From: Paraspadella gotoi | Lineage: Eukaryota > Animalia > Chaetognatha | DNA length: 9,138 bases | Direction: 5' to 3' | Assembly (NCBI GenBank): GCA_051294375.1 | Contig: JBJCIZ010001576.1 | Location: 1 to 9,138, forward strand | Shown: positions 1 to 7,711 of the stretch, piece after piece | Position numbering within the stretch: the stretch's first letter is position 1 | How the letters are laid out: every line of letters begins with the position of its first letter | The notes under the pieces: model-generated | What the model saw: the letters and a program-made list of their open reading frames with translations, nothing else | Database searches by the model: none | Told to the model about the DNA's origin: nothing | Program-made: the position numbers and the translations under genes

Positions 1-354
1 TGAAAATTAATAGAAAATATAAAATTTAATGAATGATGATATTGATAATAATAATGATTTTTTAAGGTTTTTTAAAATTTTAGCTTATTTATCATTACAA
101 TGTTTAAAATTTGTATTACTAACTTTTATCTAACTTTTTAATCTTTATCAGAATCCATTTTAAAAAATTTAAATTTCTTAAAAAAGATTTTAAGCATATT
201 TTATATATTGTTAAATATTAAAATACTTCTATGCTCGAGGAAGATTAATTTAATCAAAATCTAACATCATAAGTCAATTTGGTTGTAAAAGGACAAAAGA
301 CTTTTATGGCAGACTTTTTCATATTGTAAAAAATGTTAAATTCTAACCCGCCTT

Positions 355-355
<1 letters not shown>

Positions 356-386
<31 letters not shown>
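356..386. repeat. (TA)n microsatellite
   Basis: Near-perfect TA run with one interruption, ending directly at TGTAG (386-390). Confidence 0.95.
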
Positions 387-441
387 GTAGTCGGGCATTG
401 CCTTGGTTCACCCCGCCTATAAGCATGACTCTTTCAGTTGT

Positions 442-514
442 GACCCGGTGGCTCATTGAGTAAAGCCATCAGCTCATGACCACTAGGTACCGGGTTCAAT
501 CCCAACCCGGTACC
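442..514 (+). pseudogene. tRNA-like sequence (tRNA-Met(CAT)-like pseudogene or tRNA-derived SINE head)
   Basis: 73 nt with exact tRNA spacing: A-box-like TGGCTCATTGAG (449-460), D stem GCTC/AAGC (3 of 4 pairs), anticodon loop CT-CAT-GA (473-479), variable loop AGGTA, B box GGTTCAATCC (493-502), acceptor GACCCGG/CCGGTAC (5 of 7 pairs). Anticodon and T stems each pair only 2 of 5, so it is unlikely to be a functional tRNA. Confidence 0.65.
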
Positions 515-523
515 TACCCCCCC

Positions 524-896
524 GTCCACAACCTTTCGCACCCTGGCGTCCGCGCGACCAAAAACTGGTGACAAGTCGATTTGTCTGGCCTTCAGTATCG
601 TCGCACGTGCTGAATGGACAAGCACGGTGCCTCAATGTCAGCGGCAAAAATTAACAAGCACATCCAAGCACCTCTTCAACAATTCCCGCAGGTCGAGCGT
701 CGTTTTCAACACTTTCATGTCGATAATATAGGCCCACTCCCTGCCTCTAATGGACACGCCCACTTACTCACGTGCGTTGATCGTTTTACGCGCTCGTCAG
801 AAGCGATCCCTCTTCGCGGCCTTCCTTCAGAATTGGGTCGCGCGCTTCGGCGTACCTGCAACCGTCACCACGAACCGGGGAAGCCAATTCAGCTCT
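524..896 (+). pseudogene. Degenerate Ty3/gypsy LTR-retrotransposon integrase (zinc-binding domain plus N-terminal part of the rve core)
   Basis: Joining frames gives VHNLSHPGVRATK/LVTSRFVWPSVSSH/AEWTSTVPQCQR/AKINKHIQAPLQQFPQVERRFQHFHVDNIGPLPASNGHAHLLTCVDRFTRSSEAIPL/AFLQNWVARFGVPATVTTNRGSQFSS. This matches gypsy integrase motifs (HxxxHPG, RFVWP, CxxCQ, HxDxxGPLP, DRFTRWPEAIP, WxxRFGxP, TDRGxQF). Frameshifts lie near 563, 608, 644 and 816, with a short deletion near 816. The second catalytic Asp is Asn (AAC 873-875) and the catalytic Glu region is missing. Confidence 0.93.
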
Positions 897-1016
897 CCAG
901 ACGCGGCAAACGCCTACCGCTCTCGGCGACGTTGGAGCCAATCGACAAGGAGGAGGAATTTGAGCCACGACCTGTCATCCCTGACGTCAACCAAGTCGAC
1001 GACAGCGCTTGGTCTT

Positions 1017-1170
1017 GGGGGGGATCTTTGGCAACTCAAATGATTTGAACGACGACGAATACAACCGCGAAAACAACGACGAACCCGTTGTGGTCAGTAA
1101 GAATGACCTGATTATAACCGACCATGTATGACCTTGTTATAGCTGACCTTTTCAGCCAATGCAAATACGC
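1017..1170 (+). mobile_element. Polypurine tract and probable start of the 3' LTR of the gypsy relic (right end undefined)
   Basis: GGGGGGGA (1017-1024), then TC, then TTTGGC (1027-1032, one change from a TGT LTR start), ~120 bp after the integrase core. The SRRGKRLP peptide just after the core resembles the TRSGR-type C-terminal tail of gypsy pol. No second LTR or TSD was found. Confidence 0.4.
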
Positions 1171-1503
1171 AGTTGTCGTTGTAACGATTTTTAGCGTTTT
1201 TGCCTTTTTCCCTGTTTTTGGATTATTTCTTCTCTCACCAAAAACACGTCTCGAATTTTTCTCCAAATTCTTGTTTTTTGAATCACCGCAATTAACATAT
1301 ATAAACATATATATAACATATTTTATATCTCTTTCTCCTCCTCTCTCCTCTCCGTTCATCAGTCCGGTGCAAAAATATTCCCCGGGGAAGAAATCCTTCC
1401 ATTAGACTTCTTTTAACGTTTTTAGTTTTGGAAAAAAATAAAAAATAGAATAAAATAGTAGTAATGGCTGAAAGCAGACGTTCGGTTAATAAGCTTCCGG
1501 GAG

Positions 1504-1527
1504 TTTTTTTTTTCTTTTTTTTTTTTT
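1504..1527. repeat. poly(T) tract
   Basis: T10-C-T13 run. Confidence 0.9.
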
Positions 1528-2165
1528 GCTTTTAGCGTTGGTGGCTACAGCGAAGCGAACGCTAGCAACAAAATGAACAGAAGGACGATGCCGGGGAGAT
1601 TCGTTTGCAGCGAAAAGGAAAAAAAATGCCATGAAAATGCAATGTCGTTTCTAAAAGGGAGTTCCGGGTGCAGAATCGAAATTCTGGGCTGAGCAGATGC
1701 AAATCAGGTCCTGTTTTAGAACTGAGCGCAAAATTAGAGGAACAGATTTTAATTAAACCTTTTAGTTTCTTTTTTTTTCTTTCCCTTTGCGTTGAGAACT
1801 TGTGCCAATTTAATTCAAAGTGGCGAAGGCAAGTTCTTTTTTTTCGCTTGCTATATTAGAGACCTAACGCGATGCTTTTCAGGATACGTTTAAAATTCTT
1901 TGAAACAATGGATGTCTAAAATTGTATAAAAGGTTTGATTGTGGAGTAAAAAATGAAGGGAATAATTAAAAATTTAAAAAAATGAGACGTAATAGCTAAG
2001 AAATGGATACGATAAAAAGGAAAGAAGCTTTGTTAGAAAACTCGCGTGCACTGGCACAGTCTCAATAAGAAGCCGGTTGTTTTGGCTCAGATTCTGTGTT
2101 TTGGTTTTAATCGATTGTTTGTGTTTAGTAACTTCGTGATAACTCAAATATGAAAGAGGAGTAAA

Positions 2166-2203
2166 AGAGAGAGAGAGGAGAGAATATATATATATATATA
2201 TAT
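2166..2203. repeat. Compound (GA)n-(TA)n microsatellite
   Basis: Short AG run followed directly by an AT dinucleotide run. Confidence 0.9.
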
Positions 2204-2905
2204 TTAGAGCGCTCGTAAAAGTTAACTGTTTTTGAAATAAAAGGTCAATTAAATGTGTCAAAAGCTTAGCATAAAAATTTACTACAGATTACTTGTTCAA
2301 ATTTAATAAGCTGGAAAACGATTGCAATAAAATATCATAACTTTATTCGTGAAACATAAACAAGTTTTCATTTTCACACTATGAAGAATTAACCAGTTCG
2401 AGTGCAAGATTTCAAGAACGAACCCAAGAGGTATTTTCCCGCCGTCTTATACCCCGGCGATGGAAAAAATGCTGACGTTTTTTTTGAGTGCGCGAGGCAG
2501 CGACCGCAAAAAGAATATTTCTTGGTCGGTCAGTCGCCGTAAATTTATTAGTTATCATAATAAATATGAATTAAATAAACTTAATAAAAAAGATTTAATA
2601 TTTAACCTTAGGGGTTTTAGGGATGCTTATGCTTCAAATTGCCAATTAACGGCTGCCAATCCTTTTAGGCTATAATATCCCTTATAATAATATAAATATA
2701 ATAATAATTAATAATAGTTGTTTATATAATAATATAAGCATCGTTTATATTTTCATGTTTATCTCTTTTGAACTCTAAAAAATCCTAGCAAGACGTTACT
2801 TCTCAACAAGAACTAAGAAAATGTAAGATGCTCTCTTCGTCTCAGCGTATTTCCATCAGATGGAAAACCAAGCCACCTCTCTCGCTTACTCAGGTGCTTC
2901 CACGC

Positions 2906-3051
2906 ACTCTTTTCTCTCTTCCTATTAATCTTTCCTTCCTTTCTTTCTTTCTTTCTTTCTTTTTGGTTCCTTATTTTTCCCTGTGTTTTTAAGTTTTTCT
3001 TCGACATAATCTTCTATCTCTCCTTCCATCTCTGTCTTTTCCCTTTCTCCC

Positions 3052-3086
<35 letters not shown>

Positions 3087-3131
3087 CTCTCTCTCTCGTC
3101 TCTCTCTCTCTCTATCTCTCATCCTCTCTTT
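2906..3131. repeat. Pyrimidine-rich tract with (TTTC)n and (CT)n microsatellites
   Basis: TTTC units at ~2940-2960 and an interrupted CT run at ~3052-3130. Confidence 0.92.
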
Positions 3132-3240
3132 CACTGATTTTTGCAATCATATTTTCCAACAGAGTCCGAAATAGCCAAATTTAAGCGAGCAAGTTAAGAA
3201 CTTAATAAGTCTCAGGCGTAATATTTTACGAGACACAAAA

Positions 3241-3300
<60 letters not shown>

Positions 3301-3370
3301 GAGTGCGAGAGGTCGTGGAAGGAAGCTAGGCGATTGCGAGGGAAGATTAGAAGGAGAGAAAGAGAGAGAG

Positions 3371-3416
<46 letters not shown>

Positions 3417-3425
3417 GAGAGAAAG

Positions 3426-3482
<57 letters not shown>

Positions 3483-3540
3483 AGATATGAGAGAAAAAGA
3501 GAGATGAGAAATGAGAGAGAAAGTGGAGAGAGAGAGAAAG
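3241..3540. repeat. Long interrupted (GA)n microsatellite / polypurine tract
   Basis: GA runs at 3241-3300 and ~3353-3540, separated by ~50 bp of purine-rich sequence. Confidence 0.97.
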
Positions 3541-3857
3541 TAAAATCGAGAAAAAAAGAGAGTCTTGGGATAAAGAAGATGAGTTTGATTTGAAGGCTGA
3601 CGTCTGAGTTAAGAAATTAAGTATCACGTCTCGGTTGGGTGAGTGGCTTGATGATGTGACTGGTGCGGCTGTAGAACTAGAACAGTTATGTTGGGATCAC
3701 GACGGTGATGAAGCGTTTATTGAACGAAAGCAGGATGTTGTTTCGCTACATTAAAACCATAGTTTTTTTTTTGTGTAAAGTGACTTTTTCTGAGGAACTT
3801 TAGGAAAACTGTACATGGCGCAGAATAAATTTAGAAAAAGAGCGAGAGACAGTGAGC

Positions 3858-3858
<1 letters not shown>

Positions 3859-3898
<40 letters not shown>

Positions 3899-3940
3899 AG
3901 AGAGAGAAGAGAGAGAGCGGAAGAAGAGAGAGAGAGAGAG
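3859..3940. repeat. (GA)n microsatellite
   Basis: Interrupted GA run seen directly. Confidence 0.97.
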
Positions 3941-4202
3941 TTTTCATTGCTCTGCGACTCAGTGACGAATTACCACGAAATTTGCTTCTCGTAGCCTCAA
4001 CGAAAAAAAGAATAAGAAAAGAGAGAGAAAAGACGAGGAAGTCAGGAATGAAATAAAATTACTTTTTCGTCACTGTCCTTGTTGTTTGTCTTTTTTCGTC
4101 GTCTTCCTTAGATACCCTCAATGTTTTAATTTAAAGTTTAGAACGATAAACTTCACTTATAATAATCAGGAGTACTTGAGGTAGTCGATGTCTATCAAGG
4201 CA

Positions 4203-4278
4203 CTCCTCTCTCTCTCTCTCTGTATCTGTTTGTGTGTTTATTTTCTCTCTCTCTCTCTCTCTTCTTCTCTCCCTCTCC
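4203..4278. repeat. (CT)n microsatellites
   Basis: Two CT runs (~4203-4221 and ~4244-4278) separated by a short GT-rich spacer. Confidence 0.92.
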
Positions 4279-4343
4279 ATACAATTCAGGTTTAAAATTC
4301 TCATCTCTGCTATCTGCTCTCTCTAAACTTTTTTGTTGCGTAG

Positions 4344-5040
4344 TGAAAGTTGCAGATTAAAATTTCGAATAGTTATCATAGAACAGTCGCTTGGAACCTA
4401 AAGGAACATAATACATTAAAAAATTTTGTAAAAAATTTTCTAAATTTTGCATACGCCCATATCTATCTATAAATAGTATTAACCATAGAAAATGTTTCAA
4501 AACATTAATGAAAAGTTCAAAATTAACATACGAACAAAATGTTCAAAGTTCAAAACATTAATACATAAACCATTTTTTTAAAATTTTCTAATCTTGCATA
4601 CGCCATTCTATACAAAGTACTTACGCATAAGAAAATGTTCAAATTTAAAAAAAAAAAATTTCTATGTTTTGAAAGCGATTTCGAATTCCTCATAAATTTC
4701 CTCATAATAATCAAAAAATCTTACAATTAAGTTAGCCAAAAATTTTTAAAAACTATATTTTTTATACTAAAATTAATCTATAGGTTAATAATAATAGTTT
4801 TTAGGATTTTGATCCACTTAATTGAAATAGTTTTCTAAAAAAAGAGAGTTATATGTTCCTTTCATCAACTTTTTTTATCTGCTTTTAAAAATAAAAAAAA
4901 AAACAATTTTAAAATTTTGACATTTTCTATGGTGAGTACCTATGTATAAAATATGGGCGTAGGTGAATTGAAAAATAAATTTTTTTTATTTAAAAGCTTG
5001 TTCATGATCTACTAATTTCGAATTTTGATTCTACCTTTGA
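4344..5040. mobile_element. Long degenerate palindrome, probable non-autonomous fold-back/MITE-like DNA element
   Basis: Nested exact inverted anchors: TACGCCCATAT 4452-4462 / 4951-4961; ACCATAGAAAATGT 4482-4495 / 4920-4933; CAATTAAGT 4724-4732 / 4816-4824; TAAAAACTAT 4747-4756 / 4794-4803; centre ATTAAtCTATAGgTTAAT 4772-4789. Looser similarity joins 4344-4392 to 4995-5040. It is very AT-rich and non-coding. The palindrome is seen directly; transposon identity is inferred. Confidence 0.7.
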
Positions 5041-5593
5041 TTTTAATATTTTTGCTACGGCTTTACTAAACATCGGTCAATCATCATCATCATGTCGTCG
5101 TCACTCAATCGTCGTCCTGGTGTCCAAGTTGTTGGATCCGAACTCCCTCCATCTTTTCCTTCCACGGGTTTTTGGCCGAGTAAGGAGACTGGGGGGGGGT
5201 AGTGGGGTCGAGTCGAAGGTGAAAAGTGTTTTGAGGATCAGGTCAAGGGTTGAGTCGGGTTAAGAACGTGAGGGTCCATCGATTAAAAAGGATTGAAAAT
5301 GGTTATGGGGTGAGGAGGGGGGCGGGAGTTGAGTGAGAGAGGAAGGGAAAGATACGCGATGAACCCAGAAAAATGTGAACTCAGGCTGACCCAATTTTCA
5401 ATCATGTCTGGTTTTCTGTGATCAGTGGACGAGAACGACAGGATCAACCAAATATTTAAAACTTTAACGACGTAATGCGCGTGACGTTGTTTTTCACGCA
5501 TGCGCCAACAGCGTCTTCTTCGTACAACACGTCAATTTAATGACTGTCAAAATCTCGGGTCAGTCGCATAGGTACGCCCACCAGATGAATTAT

Positions 5594-5600
5594 TCTCTCT

Positions 5601-5643
<43 letters not shown>

Positions 5644-5693
5644 TCTTCTCTCGCTCTCTCGTCTTCTCTCTACTCTCTCTCTCTCCCCTCTCT
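5594..5693. repeat. (CT)n microsatellite
   Basis: Interrupted CT run seen directly. Confidence 0.97.
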
Positions 5694-7376
5694 GGGTTAG
5701 GAGGCTTTAAAAGATTAATTTGCATATTATCCTGGGTTTCGAATTGTGAAATGAATCGGGGCGTCGCTGTACTGAGCTCTCGCGGACGTATCTCTTCACT
5801 CTTCGCTCTCTCCTCGACTAATTGTCTCAACAGTCCTCACAGACGTCATCATAAAATGCCCGACTAAACAACTTTTTAAGTAACAATTATTTGGGAGTCT
5901 TTAAAATAACAGGCTTTTTTAAATTTTAGCACTATAAAATGATTAAATATGGACTTAATTTAATGTAGAATTTAAACAAAATAAGTAGGACATGGTTTAA
6001 ACTTTTAAAGAAATCATTGGGCGTTACGTATTTTCTTATCATTCGAGTGGTTTCGGACGGGTTGGCTGGGGCGGGGCAATTTCGCATCATTTTACTACGA
6101 GAAATGTACATAAACAATTTTTGAACATGTACATGAACTTTTTCAAATAAGTTATTAAAAATTATTTCTTTGTTTCAGAGCAGCCCACTTTACCTAAAAA
6201 TACCAAGCGTTAGTGGGACAGGCATAAAATTTCGAAAGTTAAACGGCAGAAAAAAATTTAATTACCATGCGGTAAAATTAGTTTTTGTTCGTATGTATAA
6301 TACTGCATTGATTTAATTCTTGTTTGCTCGTTCTCGTTTGTTGAGAGCATCGTCACATCTCGAAAAGACTTTTCACTTTTTAACTTTGACTTGAATTGTT
6401 CGCGTATTTGCTTGTCCTGAAATTGACGCACCGACTACCAATATTTTTATTTGACTTTGGGTCAAGGCTAGAGGTTAAAGGCGATCCATCACTCTTACAA
6501 GATAATGACATAGCAGGTATCGTTATATATACTTGTATTCTCTCCTTATCTAGCGGACGCGCACGCCCCGCTTTATTCCTCCGAGTTTTCCGTACGGGCA
6601 TCTCATCTCCTTTGTCGTCGGTGAAGGCTGTTTTGAGCCTCGTCGTCGCGGTCGTCGTCGGTTGTCGTCGTCGTAGTTATCTTTGGTAAAAGGAGCAATT
6701 TTGAGCAAGAGATGAAGGCGGATGTAAATTAGGATGGGGTAGCGGAGGAACGGGTGGGGGGGTCGGTGTATAGTAGATCGAAGGAGGAAGTCAAAGCAGA
6801 AGGAAAAATTTGTTTGTACAGATTCTGACAGAATTATGCAGGAAAGATGAAAGAAATTAAAGTCTGGTAACAATGTTGAGAGGGAACGAGAAATTTACCG
6901 AGTCAAAGACGAAAAGTCTTCGCCCGCCAAACTTGGCAAACAGAATCTCGACCCAAGAGAAATGAGAAGAGAGGAGGAATCCTTTGGCGGAGACTCGTGG
7001 AAATGAAGGAACTTTTTAGAACATGCGAAAAAAAGTGGAAATGTGATTCGAACGCCCGCGGGGTTGTAAAATAAATAGGGAGAAACATTTTCAAAGTATA
7101 AACTGTTGTCCTTTATTCTATTTTGGTCGCTCTCATCATTGTTGATCGCCCCTATTGGCTCTCTAACAGAACTGCCCTATCACGATATTTTTCTCTTTCC
7201 ATTTTTTTTCCTTGCAACTCGGCCCTGTTTGCTCGTCTTCGTTTCTAGCCCTCTTATCACATAAACTCTTTTCGCTCACTGATTCGCCCTCTCATTGTTC
7301 TCTCTCCCCCCCCCTCGTCTCTCTCTCGCCTTCGTCTCCCCCCCCCACTCGCTCGTTCGCCCTCCTCCCTCTCCTG

Positions 7377-7493
7377 TCGTTCTCTCGCTCGTTCTCTCCT
7401 CGTTCTCTCGCTCGTTCTCTCGCTCGTTCTCTCGCTCGTTCTCTCGCTTCGTTCTCCTCAACGTTCTTCTCGCTCGTTCTCTCGCTCGGTCTC
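7377..7493. repeat. 12-bp minisatellite (TCGTTCTCTCGC)n, about 9-10 copies, within a CT-rich tract (~7290-7535)
   Basis: About four consecutive perfect units at ~7400-7447 with degenerate units on both sides. Confidence 0.93.
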
Positions 7494-7646
7494 TTCTCCC
7501 CGCTCTCTTACGCCCTCTCGCCCGCCTCGCTCTCCGAGCTCCAGGTGAGCAATCACGGCAACATCTTTTCTCTTACTATTTTTAGCGGAATTTTCGGCGA
7601 AGCGGAATTCGATCGTGAAAAATGCGAAACTTCGACGGGCCTGCTT

Positions 7647-7669
7647 AGAGAGAGAGAGAGAGAGGAGAG

Positions 7670-7705
<36 letters not shown>

Positions 7706-7711
7706 AAGAGA
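7647..7711. repeat. (GA)n microsatellite
   Basis: Interrupted GA run seen directly. Confidence 0.97.

Noticed and set aside
442-514. Functional tRNA-Met gene
   Set aside because: Anticodon and T stems pair only 2 of 5, the D-loop GG is missing, and no oligo-T Pol III terminator follows.
614-1048. 144-aa and 97-aa ORFs as functional genes
   Set aside because: Each contains only one frame-segment of the broken integrase and the rest is out-of-frame sequence. The catalytic triad is incomplete.
386-1549. Intact LTR element bounded by TGTAG (386) and CTACA (1545-1549)
   Set aside because: No target-site duplication (ATATA versus GCGAA) and no paired LTRs. The only internal similarity (418-437 versus 1138-1155, 16 of 20 with two gaps) is too short to trust.
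2622-2742. 9-bp inverted repeat GATGCTTAT/ATAAGCATC and nearby TTAGGG/TTAGGC hexamers
   Set aside because: The inverted repeat does not extend and has no TSD. Isolated hexamers are not a telomeric array.
2813-3627. ERERE- and LSLSL-rich ORFs (also 5537-5830)
   Set aside because: These are translations of GA/CT microsatellites, which lack stop codons.
5092-5202. Short ATG-initiated frame MSSSLNRRPG... with a GA|GTAAGG donor-like site and a second PPT-like G9 run
   Set aside because: Only 36 codons with no recognisable family, and no retroelement sequence adjoins the G run.
6380-6873. Overlapping ORFs on both strands
   Set aside because: No recognisable domain or convincing splice context; openness is partly due to (GTC)n low complexity.
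7377-7493. CRISPR array
   Set aside because: Head-to-tail 12-bp units without unique spacers, in a eukaryotic context with no cas genes.
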